NCBI RefSeq assembly: GCF_001194135.2
Contig: NC_068990.1
Coordinates: forward strand, 56,807,875 to 56,871,874
DNA from: Octopus bimaculoides
Taxonomy: Eukaryota
DNA length: 64,000 nucleotides
Reading direction: 5' to 3'
Shown here: positions 38,997-52,866 of the stretch, one piece after another
How positions within the stretch are numbered: position 1 is the first letter of the stretch
Layout: every line of letters begins with the position of its first letter
Notes under the pieces: generated by a model
Told to the model about the DNA's origin: nothing
Seen by the model: only the letters and a program-made list of their open reading frames with translations
Database searches by the model: none
Made by a program: the position numbers and the translations under genes

Positions 38997-40863
38997 GTAC
39001 GTTGTGTATGTATACATACATGCATACACACACACACGTATATGTATGTATGTATTTATGTATGTATGTATGTATGTATGCATATACACATACACACACC
39101 TATCATGAATGCACAGCTATATATTTATACATACCCATACACAAATGTGGATGTATTCATGTAGTATATACATAGAAATGGTCACATATGCATATGTATA
39201 TATGTATACATGCATAGACAGAAGAATACACACATGTGTTCACACAAAAGCATGCTTTTACACGCCTATGTATACTGAGAGTCTTCAATGTAATCTGTAC
39301 TTTAAAATTAATAGCTAATAGTCATACTAGAAAATGTGATAAATAAATATCTAAGGTTGCCACTGTGTGAGATTACTACAGATGGGGGTATTACTTTATG
39401 CAATTAAAATTCTTAATATTACAGCTAGTTCTAAAAGCTTGAGTTCTTATTGTTTTTATGTTATACAAACAATTTAATATGGATGATGTGTAGATAATAC
39501 ATACATACATGCATACATGCATCCATACATGGATACATTCATCCATACATTCATACATGCATACATGCATCCATCCATACATAGATACATTCATCCATAC
39601 ATTCATACATATATTCATACATACATAATGCTAGTNNNNNNNNNNNNNNNNNNNNNNNNNNNNNNNNNNNNNNNNNNNNNNNNNNNNNNNNNNNNNNNNN
39701 NNNNNNNNNNNNNNNNNNNNNNNNTTCATCCATACATTCATACATGCATACATGCATCCATCCATACATAGATACATTCATCCATACATTCATACATATA
39801 TTCATACATACATAATGCTAGTTTGGACTGGGCAATATCCCGAAGCATTCCTTATCTAGTACTCAATACAAGCTTCTAACCATCTATGCCTTTAAAACTG
39901 ATATTTAAGAAAGTCCAAGTGGTGCAGAAACTCCAGGTACTTATGAATCATGGAAATAACTAGAGGGTAAGTATTTCATAGAGTAACATATAAGATAAGG
40001 AGTACATTGAAGATATCAATATAGCATGAGTTTAATATGAGTTACATTTGTTTCAGTACTATTTGGCTTTGAACCACATTACATAGAGATGGTTATGTAT
40101 TACGAATTACATAAGGGTTGTGTAAACTGATCAATGGTTGAATAAACAGTGCAAAGTGGGAATTCATCAGACACTTATGAACCGTGCTATTATATGATGT
40201 GTATACATATGGCCCCAGCATAGCCACAGGCCAATGACTAAAGCAAGTAAAACAGAAAAGACGTGTGTATATATATACACACACACACAACACACATATA
40301 TACAGCTTTATCTTTTACTTGTTTTAATCATTGAATGAGGCCTTGCTGGGACACCATTTTCAAAGGGTCTATTCAGATAAATCGACTACTGTACATAATT
40401 TTTAAGCCTGCTATTAATTCTATTGGTCACTTTGCCAAACTGCTAAGTTACAGGGACATAAACAAACCAACACCTGTTGTCAAGCTGTGGTGGGGAACAA
40501 ACACAAAAACATGTGCACACACACATGCTCACACACATATATATATGCACAATGAGCTTCTTTTAGTTTCCATCTACTAAATCCACTTACAATACTTTGG
40601 TTGCCCCAGAACTATAATAGATGACACTTGCTTAAGGTACTATGCATTAGGACTGAACTCCAAACCATGTGATTGGGGAGTAAACATCTTACACACTGCC
40701 ATATATGTACACACACGTATATTATCTCTCTCCCGCTTACTCTCTCTTTATGCACATATACATAATGTGAAATCGTGTGTTAAGACAGACACTGTTTATG
40801 TGGGGGTGGTCATATTTTTCACCTAGACACACACACACTATATATTTGGTCTTCACTTCAGCT

Positions 40864-41240
40864 TTATTACCTCCACCTTAGCAAAGGCGGAGGTATTGTT
40901 TTCAGTCGTGTTTGTTTGTTTGTTTGTTTGTTTGTCCGTGGACAAGATATCTCAAGAACCATGGGATAGATTTGGATGAAACTTTCAGGGATGTTTGACC
41001 TCATAACTGGCATGAAGTGATTAGATCTTGGGATCAATCCGGTACCGGACAAGGATTATTTTTTCCTGTTTTTTTACTTAATTTTTAAGAGTGGTCGGGT
41101 TCATTTTTAGTATTCTCATTTGTGAGAGCAGTTGAGTTAATTTCAGATATTCTCATTTTAAAAATTATCTCTGGCTAATCCATGAGAGGATGTTGGTGTT
41201 ACCCTGGCAGAATTTTGCCCTCTCTAAGTGTTCTTGTTAT
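40864..41240 (+). mobile_element. Helentron-associated / DINE-1-like non-autonomous element
   Basis: 5' TTATTACCTCCACC...GGCGGAGGT hairpin/subTIR, (GTTT)n tract, CAAGATATCTCAA...TTTGGATGAAACTT core, degenerate 3' subTIR plus stem-loop, T-rich flanks. Confidence 0.6.
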
Positions 41241-43179
41241 TATTATTTTAGATTTTTTGTCAAAATTCTTTTGTCACACATCCTGTGACCTCTTCAGTAT
41301 CTATGTATCCTATGTGTCTCCTCTTCATTATCATTGTTTACCGTCCTCTTTCTATGCTGGCCTGGATTGGATGATTTGACAGGAGCTGGCCAGGCAGAAG
41401 CCCGTGCCATGCTTCTGAGAGTGTTTTGGCATTGCTTTTATGACTGGATGCCCTTCCTAACACCAACCACTCTGTAGAGTGGGCTAAGTGCTTTCTTACG
41501 TGGCACTCGCACAGGCAAGGCCAGTTTTGGTGTGGTTTTTACAGCTGCATGCCCTTGTCCTAGTTATTTCAGTTTGTCTTTCTTTGTTATGTATCCATAA
41601 CTGCACATGCATTTGCATCTGTATCTGTGTGTGTGTGTGTGTTTGCACCTGTGTCTTTTATTCATTTATTTTTTCTTCTTTCTCATTCTTCTTTAGTATG
41701 TGTATGTGTGTTTTGTGTGTGTATATGAGTTTATGAGTTTATATGTGTGTATATGAGTTTATATACAGTTTGTATCTGTGTCTTTCCTCTTATCATTCTG
41801 TCTTTTGTCATCAGGTTGCATAGTGTGGTAGAGTGGAGGAATGCTATTCCACTCATGTTTTCTGTTAAGGTTCAGTCTATCTACTACTATGAGTGTGACC
41901 TCTGTAATCTGTTTAAGTATTATGTCTGTTCTATGTGTTGATAATATATTAACATGTATTATTTATTAGCATTATTTAATGTGAAGTATGTTTGTCTGTG
42001 TTTTGTTTATACCAGAGTTATCACTGATGCAGCAGACCCATAGCTACATTTTTTTTCCTGAAATACTGTAAATCTGTCTTTCTTTTGATGAAATGGTGTG
42101 TTTTAAGAGAGATTTGGTTGCTATTTGTAGTAGCTGAAGTTACCACAGACACACCTCTGTGTGTGCGTTTTGCTGTGGTGAAAAGATGTTTTCTTAGAAT
42201 ATTTTGGACAATAATTTTTAAAGAAATCTGGACATCTTTCTTACTGCTAACCATTCAACTTCAAATTACAATTGTTAATTGTTGGAAGTCAAGTAGACTA
42301 AGATGTACATATAGTATTATTGGATATACTGGAAGTTCAATATGAAGTTTTGAACTCATTATCTTGTGGTTAGTAATCCATTACCTTAAATTTGAAGCCA
42401 TTACGTCTTTAAACATTATTTTACTGGGCTTAATATTTTGACTGTTGCCATGATGGAGTATCACCTTTAAGAACTTAATTGATCATACTGACCTCAGTAT
42501 GTATATCAACCTGGCATTTATTTTATAGATCTCTGCTTGAGATCTTTAAGACATAGTGGGGCACAAAACTCATAGATCTCTGCTTGAGAACTTTGAGACA
42601 TAGTGGGGCACAATACTCAATTTAATAACAAATGTAAACACACACATACACACACACACACATATTAGGTGCACAAATGACTCTGTGGTTGACAAGTTTT
42701 CTTCCCAACCACATGGTTCCATGTTCAGTCTCTCTACATGGTGCCTTGTGTTTTCCTACAATAGCCCTAAGCCAACCACAAACTTATGATTGAATTTAGT
42801 AGACGGAAACCGCAGTGTTGTCCATCAGAAAATGACTGAAAAACATGTTAATAAAGAAGAGCTGTTTGCTTCATACCTTTCCTGTGCTGATTCTGCCAGT
42901 AAGAAAGGAATAGATAATACAATGTGGCTGTAGGTCATAACACTGGGGTATATTGCTAGTATGTATATGCATATATTTTATTTTATTCCTCTGCTTTGTA
43001 CTGCATGATATTCTTATAATCCATTGTACACTGGAAAACACAAGGCTCCAGACAGGCCTTTCATAAGTATGGCTCCATGTAATAGTGGGGGAAAGTATTG
43101 TTGATATATCCATACAGACACCACAGTGAAAATGAGGGTCAATTGCATTTACCTTCACCATCCATTGACTAAGATGTTA

Positions 43180-44472
43180 GGGTAGTTTTAGACACAGAAC
43201 TCTGGCTGGAAACTAGGAATAACAAGGTCCAGATCTTTCATTCCCACTATGCCAAATAATTGGCCTCTATATACATGTCCACATAATGTAGCCATTGCAC
43301 ATAATACCAAGTTCAGTGTCTTAATAGCTGACTTGATAAGGGTAATGAGAAACATGTCCTGCATGTGTAACCCAATGAAATTAGAAAGACACATACAACA
43401 CTTCATCTAACACATGCAATCCTCTGGGTACAGTCAAAAAGACAGTATCAGAGTGTACACTATGCTAAGGCCTCTGATAAAGTTGGTCATGGGATGGTAT
43501 GTCACAAGCTTCATGACTTTTGTATCAATGGACAACTGACAGAGTGGCTGTATGACTTTCTAAAAGAAAGAAGTCAGAGGGTTGCAGCCAATGATGCTCT
43601 CCTCAGGGAGACATCAATTTGCAGTGGTGTTCATCAAGGAGCTATACTGAGACTACTACTGTTTGCCCACAAACAAATTAAAATGGAATACACAGGACCA
43701 GGGGATTGTTCAATCCCAGAGTCAGAGGTGGGGCATAACCTGGTAATCAACATGAGTAACGATGCAACATTCCAAGTGCATATTAACAAGTTGGCAATAA
43801 TGTGCCAGCGAATAGCTAGATGGATTCTGAGATCATTCAGAGCCAACAAAAAGCATATCATGCAATTCCCATGGAGAACTTTCAGTCTCAATTACTGCTC
43901 CAAACTGTAGTCACTATAGAGAGACAAACTGGTGGTGGAACATGAAGCAATCCATTAACATTACACAAAGAAGAGTAACTTGGTGAAACAGATGAGCCAC
44001 TGAAAGAGGTTAAAGGAATTGAAGCTCTACTCCATAGAGAGAAGGCAAGAAAGATATGCAATAATATACACATGGAAGATCCTCGAAGTTCTAGCTCTCA
44101 ACTTAGAAAATGAAATTTATACTGACCACTGAACTGGACGGCACTGCATAATACTAAAGATCTTATCTTCTCCATAGAGAATAAGGACCCAGAACTGTAA
44201 CAGCTTGGGTTTCAGGGGTTCACAACTATTCAACATTCTACCAAGCAACCTCAGAGATTTGCAGGGTGTAAATGTGGACGTCTTCAGAGAGCATCTGAAC
44301 AAATTTTTATTTGAAATACCAGATGAACCCACATCATCCAAGATGCACAAAGGAGAGTGGCTCTATCCACCTTGCTACTTCACCAAAAACAGTACAAAAA
44401 GGAAACCTAGACACACGGAGAGGCAATACTCCAGTATGGTCCCAGCCTTTGGCTGAAACCAGTAAGGGATAA
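43180..44472 (+). mobile_element. CR1/L2/Jockey-group LINE, decayed RT and 3' end
   Basis: CHKLHDFCINGQLTEWLYDFLKERSQRV...SGVHQGAILRLLLF (GVPQG..LGPLLF motif), LGHNLVINMSNDATFQVHINK, and GFRGSQLFNILPSNLRDL...FREHLNKFLFEIPDEP; many frameshifts. Confidence 0.88.
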
Positions 44473-44519
44473 CAGATGTATTCATTTTATAAATATATAT
44501 GTATGGTGGTTTATGCAGA

Positions 44520-45235
44520 GTTTGACCACCTCTTGTACCTACACCTTACAACCATTATGGCATCTGATGTGGCTTTTTAAACCAGACAACGTATTGAAAA
44601 GACACCCACAAAGATTACATAGCTGATCTGGGCCACCAAGGGCTGCAGTTAAGTTCTGATCTCTGTGGATCTTAAAATGTCTTTTGAGGCCTCTGTTACA
44701 TTTGCAGATCTTCAGGCATACATTGCATTGAAAGGTGTGCGCAGACATAAAAGCAGAATAGTTGGTGGAGGTTCGTTTTCTGTGGGGTCATAAATGAGAT
44801 TTGAGCCCAGCAAAAGAAAAGCATGGTCTGTCACAAACTGTGTTCACAAAAAGGTCATTGTGATTCGCCTTCTCGATCATGATATTCTTTAAATTTCTCT
44901 TGAGTCTTGCATGCATTATCCTGGCCTTTTCAAATGCTTTCACTCCACTCCATACTTTTGTTTACCATCCAGCTTGATCTGAAGCAAGGGTTTCTATGTC
45001 TTCTGGTTCCATTCCAAGTGACTTTATGGTAGTCTTTATGCTATCCTTAAACCATTTTTTAGGTTTACACCAATAGTGTTTCCCCTCTGCAAGCTCACCA
45101 TAAAACAACTGTTTGTGCATGTGTTCATCTGCCATTCAAACAATATGGCCACACCATCACATTTGGTTTTTCAATATCATAGCTTCAATTGAGGTGATGC
45201 CTGCAAATGCAAAGACATCTGTGTTTGGAGTAAAA
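44520..45235 (-). mobile_element. RTE (BovB-like) LINE 3' fragment with C-terminal zinc fingers
   Basis: AGITSIEAMI...WCGHIV, KQLFYGELAEGK...KPKKWFKDSIK (RTE motif), then FQCNVCLKICKCNRGLKRHFKIH and LCNLCGCLFNTLSGLKSHIRCH. Confidence 0.85.
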
Positions 45236-45830
45236 GAACTCCATACATACATACATACATACATACATACACACATACATTCATTAATTCTCTTGTTTCA
45301 GTCATTTGACTGTAGCCATGCTGGAGCACTACCTTGAAGGGTTTTAGTTGAAAATATCGACTCCAGGAGTTATACTCTAGTAGCCTAGTACTTATTTTAT
45401 TGGTCTCTTTGCTGAACTGCTAAGTTACAGGAACATAAACACACCAACACTGGTTGTCAAATAGTGATGGGGGACAATCACAGATACAAACACACACACT
45501 CACAGATATGTACACACACATATATATATACACGATGGGCTTCTTTCAGTTTCTGTCTACCAAATCCACTTGCAAGGCTTTGGTTGGCTCAAAGCTATAG
45601 CAGAAGGCACTTAACCTAGGTGCCGCACAGTGGGGCTGAACACGGAACCATGTGGTGGGAAAGCAAGCTTCTTACCACACAGTCACATCTATATATAATA
45701 ACTACAATTATATATTATTTATCTTATAATATATGCTACATTTAAAGTGACTAAACCTAAACAATGGACCAAAAAATAGATGGGCTGAACCACTGGGAAT
45801 TGAACATGACATCAATGCTTACATGGCGCC

Positions 45831-45861
<31 letters not shown>

Positions 45862-45909
45862 CACTCACACACACACACACACACATATATGTATATATAT
45901 GTAAGTATA

Positions 45910-45977
<68 letters not shown>

Positions 45978-47253
45978 TATTCATATACACACACACACGT
46001 ACATACATACACACATATATGCATGCAGAAAACCCAGCCACACATTTACATATGTATAATTACTGATTAATAATAATTGTTTAATTGATAAGTGTAATTA
46101 TTTGTTGTAATTATCTTGGTAAATTATTAGTTTAGTGTATTTCCTTTGTCACACTGTAATCCCTTAGGTCAATGTAAACTATATTATTTCAGATTTCTCT
46201 TCAACTAACCTTATTATCTGACATGAACTGTGCATCGTCTTTTCTCACGTTGCCCATTCTCACCATACAGTCGCTCTTCTTCAGTTACCTTTTAAATAGA
46301 ACTTAAGGAATGTGGTGTGTGATAAGAAGTTTGTTTCCCAACCATATGGTTCCAGTATCAATCCTACAGTGTGGTACCTGCTATCGCATCAGGCCAACCG
46401 AAGCCTTGTGAGTGAATCTGGTAGACAAAAACTGAAAGAAGCCCATTGCATATATATGTATATATGTGTGTGTGTGTATGTATACATATTTATATATATG
46501 TATACATATATGTTTATATACATATATGTATATAAATACATGTGTGTGTGTGTTTGTGTGTCTTTCTGTCAGTGTTTGTTCCACATCACTGCTTGATACC
46601 TGGTATTGGTGAGTTTACATCCCTGTAACTTAGTGGTTCAACAAAAGAGCCTGACAGAATAAGTACCAACCTTAAAAAAAAAGTACTGGGGTCAATTCAT
46701 TTGACTAAAATTCTTCAAGGCAGTGCCCCTGCATGGCCACAGTCAAACAACCAAGACATGAAAGTGTAAAAAAAAACCGGATAAATGATACCTTATCATT
46801 AATACTGTAGTTAATTCACTGTTACATAGACATATAACCACAGGCGTAACTGTGTGGTAAGAAGCTTGCTTCCCAACCACATGGTTCCAGGCTCTGTCCC
46901 ACTGCATGGTACTTTGGGTAAGTGTCATCTACTATAGCCTTGAGTTGACCAAAGCCGTGTGAGTAGTTCTGGTAGATGGAAACTGAAGGAAGTCCATCAT
47001 ATATATATATATATATANNNNNNNNNNNNNNNNNNNNNNNNNNNNNNNNNNNNNNNNNNNNNNNNNNNNNNNNNNNNNNNNNNNNNNNNNNNNNNNNNNN
47101 NNNNNNNNNNNNNNNNNNNNNNNNNNNNNNNNNNNNNNNNNNNNNNNNNNNNNNNNNNNNNNNNNNNNNNNNNNNNNNNNNNNNNNNNNNNNNNNNNNNN
47201 NNNNNNNNNNNNNNATATATATATAAATATATATATATATATAAATATATATA

Positions 47254-47687
47254 CTTTCAGGATTAAATAAAAAGACAACAGAAAATATGGCATACCTATA
47301 TATATATCATATATAATTTTAAAAAAACCTGTAGTAAATAAACAAATGAACATATACTAAATACACAGGTGAACAGAAAATACAGGCAGTCTCCAATTCT
47401 TCCTGAGTTATCAACCAGAGGGTCAAACACAATTTCAGCCATTATCGATAATCTTGCTTCCATTCTGGAGGCACCAACAAGAAACTTGCTGGGAATGGGA
47501 TCAAAGCATAACGAAACAAGATGAGTTTAAGAAGAGACTGATGAAGAACGGGTGACTTTCTGTGTTTTCGGTTCGCTTGTGTATTCAATATATGTTTGTT
47601 TGTTTATTTACTACATGTTTTTTTTTAATTATATATATAGGTATGTCATATTTTCCATTTGGTGTCTTTTTATTTATTTCTGAAAAC
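47254..47687. mobile_element. Foldback element with ~135-bp diverged inverted arms
   Basis: 47254-47394 matches the reverse complement of 47551-47687 with scattered mismatches; 156-bp unique spacer. Confidence 0.7.
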
Positions 47688-47727
47688 ATTATTTATGTAA
47701 GACTTGCGCTCATTAACTTTTTACCTG

Positions 47728-47759
<32 letters not shown>

Positions 47760-48692
47760 CATGTGTGCGTATACGTGTGTGTGTGTGTGCATCTGTATCT
47801 TCAGGCCGACCACTGAACCCCTGAAATCCAGCAAGATCTGCAGCTGATTGGTGCTCTCCAATATTGCACTATGTCATCAGTAAAGCTACAATGAGCTGGT
47901 CTTGTCACATAGTTCACAGACAATCAGGTTGGAAAATGATTTAAGAAAGATGTGTGCATGTCTTTGTGTCTATATTTGTTTCCCATCTTTGCTTGACATC
48001 AAGTGTTGGTGTGTTTACGTCCCCATAACTTAGCGGTTCGGCAAAAGATATCAATAGAATAAGTACTAGCCTTAAAGAATAAGTACTAATTTTAAAAAAT
48101 AAGCACTGGGGTCAATTTGTTTGACTAAAACCCTTCAAGGTGGTGCTCCAACATGGCCAAAGTCTAATGACTAAAACAAGTGTAAGAATAGAAGAATAAA
48201 AGAATACAAGAATATCTGTTTGTAAGGTGTTTACTTGAATTTGATATTTTTCAAAATCAAGTTTGAATCTGTCAAGTTGGGACAAATGATGAATTTTGTT
48301 GTTCTTTTACTTGTTTTAGCCGTTGGACTGCAGCTATGCTTGGGACACAACTCTGGGTGGTTTCTAGTTATTCAGATGAATTCCAGTATTTGCTTAAGGT
48401 CTGCTAATCACTGTATTTTTGGCCTCCTTTTGCTGAAGGAGTGAGTAATGGAAATGTAACCAAACCAATATTAATTGTAAAAGCAAAAACACAAATATGC
48501 ACACACACACAAACGCACACACAGACACACATATAGAAAAATGCCCAAACAAACATACATGCACACAAATATGCACACATACAGACACACATTGACATGA
48601 GTACACAAACAAGCGCACACACATGTACACACACTTGCACACACATAGATAAACATCAATAGAAATACACATGTACACACATGTGCATACAT

Positions 48693-48741
<49 letters not shown>

Positions 48742-49091
48742 AATGATTAGCTTCTGGACAACAGTACACATTTACCAAATTCGTTCACAAAGCCAACCTA
48801 TGTGAGCAATTCTGCCAGCTCACAGCCTTAGTTACAGGGACGTAAAGACACACAGCCACAAAGACATGCACACGTGCACACACACACACACACATCCACA
48901 CACACACACACAATGTTTTTTTATAATGTCTAATTTAATAATACCAAATGATAATTATACTAATTATTATGTCTAATTTTAATTACATTAAAGTATTGGA
49001 CGTTAATTTATCTATAAATTCATAAACAAATAAGAATGTATATTTATATTCACACATATTATACAAATAAATATAATACATGGATATTTAA

Positions 49092-49365
49092 CCTTTAGCA
49101 TTTAAACTGGCCATATCTGACCAAAATATTCTAGCTGTTTTATGTTCAAACTGGCCAGTTCTGGCCTCTCACACCTACCCTACAATTTCATTCTAAAAAT
49201 TCAAACTGGCCAGTTCTGGCCTCTCACACCTACCCTACAATTTCATTCTAAAAATAAACAATCATATAATTGAAATCTTAAAGTTACAAGATAATGCATG
49301 ATTAATTCAAAATAATATGAATAAAAAAGTATTACATTTGGCAGAGTAATCTGAATGCTGAAAGG
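49092..49365. mobile_element. piggyBac-type MITE with internal ~55-bp tandem duplication
   Basis: TTAA|CCTTTAGCATT start, AATGCTGAAAGG end; TTCAAACTGGCCAGTTCTGGCCTCTCACACCTACCCTACAATTTCATTCTAAAAA occurs twice. Confidence 0.7.
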
Positions 49366-49399
49366 CTAAAACTTGGAGAGCTATAATCTCTGTTGGCAA

Positions 49400-49810
49400 C
49401 AAATTGTTTCACTCAGTATGTGGAGGATTGATTGCAATTGCTTGTGTATAAACTGTGGTGTTGGAACTTAATGAATCTTGAGCACTGTGTGCAGAAGATG
49501 TAAGAAGACGAGGCGGAAATTAAGTAAATATGCTTGGTCTGAATGAGTGATACAAGAGTTCCTGAACAACAGAGTATGAATGAATTGAGACAGAAATTGG
49601 CATCAGCAAGACCATTTTTTACTATGCAAGAAGAATTCATTGGTATGGGCATACAATTCATATGTAGTGTGGTGATAGGTGGGTAAATAAGTCTCAAGCA
49701 ATCCATGAGGATGCTATGGAAGGCTGTAGATGATAAGGGATGCTGAAGTGAAGTTTGATCTCAAGATGTTTGGCTTCTCAAAAGAGAGGATGTGGACCAT
49801 TACAAATGGT
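49400..49810 (+). mobile_element. Decayed RTE LINE 3' fragment
   Basis: Remnants resembling the RTE tail (...[17 protein letters not shown]), multiple stops. Confidence 0.45.
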
Positions 49811-49820
49811 AAAACTCTCT

Positions 49821-49869
<49 letters not shown>

Positions 49870-50959
49870 TGTTTGTGTGTTTGTGTCTGTTTGTGTGTGG
49901 GTGTCTGTTTGTGTGTGGGTGTCTGTTTGTGTGTGTGTGTCTCTTTGTGTATGTGTGCACACGTGCACATGAGAGCATTATGTTTGAGGGTGTGTGTGTG
50001 TGCACGTGTGTGCATGCATGTATGTATGAGGGTGTCTACAAATCTATATATGTGTGTGCATATATGTGAATGTGTCTTCATGTCTGAGTTCAGCTTTCTC
50101 TCCACCACCACCATTGCTTCTTGATAACCAATGTTGGTTTGTCTATGTCCTCCTAACTTAGCACTTCATCAACGAGACTGATAGAATAGACTTGAAAAAA
50201 ATATGCATACCAGGATTGATTTGTTTGACCAAAAATCCTTCAAGGCAATGATGCTCCAGCAAGAAAAAGACAAAAAATATACACACACACATATATACAA
50301 TACTCACACACATACACACACACACACACTCATTCATTCATTTGTTTTACATCTGATTTCCAGGCTAACACAGATTGGATGAAGACTTATTATCAAGATG
50401 TTATTTAACAATCTGGTTACCCTTTCTGTTGCTAACCCTTATCTATTGTTCAAATTTTCAAAGTAAGGGTTCATTTTATTCCATTTGTCTTCAAAAGTGC
50501 AGAACTACATGCTGATTTAACAAAGATTTTCAACACAGCACCAGTTTACTCTGCTCCCGATGGGTTGTTATGTACCTTGTATGTATGTATGTATGTGTCA
50601 GGGCACATGGCCTAGTGGTTAGGCTGTTGCACTCACTATTGCAAGATCATGGGTTTGATTCTTTGGCCAGGTGGTGTGTTGTGTTCTTGAGCAAAACATT
50701 TAATTTCGCATTGCTCTGCAGTCATTTTGACATCTGACATGTGGCACACTTGTGCACCCGTACAGATAATGTCAATTTGATGGAGGGAGTGAGCTAATGT
50801 ACAGCATAAACATTTGATCCCTAAAAACAAATCACCTATGCATGTTGTTCAACTAGAAATTGTAGAAAGAACCATCATTCTCGAACTTGCGAGATTACTA
50901 TGTATGTATGTATGTATGTCTTTTCTGTTTCTAATCATTTGAATTCTTTGTCTGAAGAA

Positions 50960-51420
50960 GGAGCTGGTTTCTAACAAAGATACAAAGCTCCATATTTGGA
51001 ATAAAGATAACAAGAACAATGTCCCATTTTAAACCTGAGGAAAGTCTTGCATAATTTTGCTGTTCCGCTTACAGACTGTATTTGTAATGTGTGAGTCAGT
51101 TGTCTGATTTCTTTTTCTGAAAATCCAAGCTTATCCAGACTACTAGTTAAGCATTTGCTTACAAAACCAAATGCTCCTATTATTATTGGTATAAATATAA
51201 ATTTGTAATCCAGATATAGAAATTTGAGAAATTTACCTTCTTTCTCTTTGATTTTCAAGGAGATATTCGCATCAGCAGGACCTCTATGATGGTCCTGCTG
51301 ATGTACTTGTCCTTGTCTGTTCCAAACTACAATGTCCAGCCTGTTATGCTTGCATTTGACAGATATTTTGATGGGAGTATTTCACTAGTATTCTTTGTGC
51401 TGATATTTATGTACATATTC
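50960..51420 (-). mobile_element. R4/Dong-like LINE restriction-like endonuclease 3' fragment
   Basis: PIKISVKCKHNRLDIVVW (HNRPDIV PD-(D/E)xK motif)...PADANISLKIKEKE...YKFIFIPIIIGAFGFVSKCL...SVSGTAKLCKTFLRF. Confidence 0.8.
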
Positions 51421-52334
51421 AATAACAAGGGAATTATCTATGCATGTGTGTATAGGCAAAGGCATATGGGCTAGTGGCTAGGGTATCACATTCATGATCA
51501 TGTGTAAAACACTTTATCTCATGCTACTCTATGATCACGGTGTATCATTGTGCACCCATACCCATACAGGTAATGTTAATTTTTTTGCCAGTAGTGAGCC
51601 CGTGTCTAGTATGAACATTTGATCTTTATAAACTAATCATCTGTGTAGGTAGCTCAGTGATAAAATGTGGAACTGTCTTTCTAGATCCTGAGAGACTACC
51701 ATACATGTATGTATGTATGTATGTATGTATGTATGTATCTTTGTATGTATGCATGTATAAATGTATGTTTTTATATATGTATGTGTGTGGGTGTATGTAT
51801 GTAAGCTTAAATAAAATTTATGCTTAATTTCTATTTTCGCCATCTTGTTTTGCAAATGTATGCATGTGTATACGTGTGTATGTGTGTGAGTGTTTGCATG
51901 TATGTATGTGTATGTTGTTGCATGTGTGTTCATGCATGTGTGCTAGCATGTGCTCTTTGAGTCTAATGTCAGCTTAGCAATTGCTGTTTAATTAACTATA
52001 TGTTGCATCATAGATATTGACTGCAATTATCATTTACATGTGAAGGATTGAACTAATTTGAAGTGTCAACTGCACCATCATGTTCAGAAACTCTAGCATA
52101 TAAGGCAAAGTTAACTGAATCAAATGAAATCATTTCACTAATTCTTATTTCTGAGGTCAAATGAGATCTCTGAGGAAATTAGGATCTTTCTAGAGCTAAT
52201 GTTCAAAATGTGTTTAGCTGAGTGTTGGGGTAAAGTAGTCATTCGAAGATATAAAATATCTCTACAACTAAGCACCAAATTTAAGTGAGTTGCACATTGA
52301 AGCTTGAGTACTGGTGTAAACTGCTCACTCAAAG

Positions 52335-52374
<40 letters not shown>

Positions 52375-52866
52375 ATGTATGTATATATACATACATACAT
52401 ATACACTCATACATGCATACATACATACATACATTCATTCACACACACATACATACATACACACACTCACACACACACATATACTTATGTATGACCACAG
52501 CTGCATGGCTGAAACAAGTAAAAGAATAAAAGAATATACATGCGTGGAGATAATGATGCCATTCAATGAATAAAACTCCTTGGATTAGATATACAAAATA
52601 TACATACATGTAAATGGAAAGAAAGCAAAGACTGTAGATTTTCAGATGATGAATGCTCAAGTATAAATATATAGATATTTATATATCAACAATGCAAGCT
52701 TACACAGAGTACAAAGGCACAGAAAATTAAAAGGGTCTGGTGTTACAGGTCTGACAGCTGTTTCTGGGGGCTCAGAGTTACTTCATAATGCTGGCTGATG
52801 TAGTTCACCAAAATATGCAACCAGTCATGGAAGTATATAAACATTGGGTTGATATATAAACATCTA

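Noticed and set aside
39500-39830. ~200-bp tandem duplication; similar duplications at 7880-8360, 18690-18790, 54480-54560, 55700-55800 and 56560-56630
   Set aside because: Each straddles an N-gap with identical sequence on both sides, so these are unmerged contig overlaps (assembly artefacts).
44539-44748. Host C2H2 zinc-finger gene
   Set aside because: Continuous with RTE C-terminal motifs and surrounded by stops; it is part of a LINE.
46200-46290. CTGAAGA-type hammerhead on the minus strand; also a CTAAGGG...GAAACAAGAGTC motif at ~23355-23400
   Set aside because: Stem II and stem I partners are missing or the core is broken; cannot be folded as a hammerhead.
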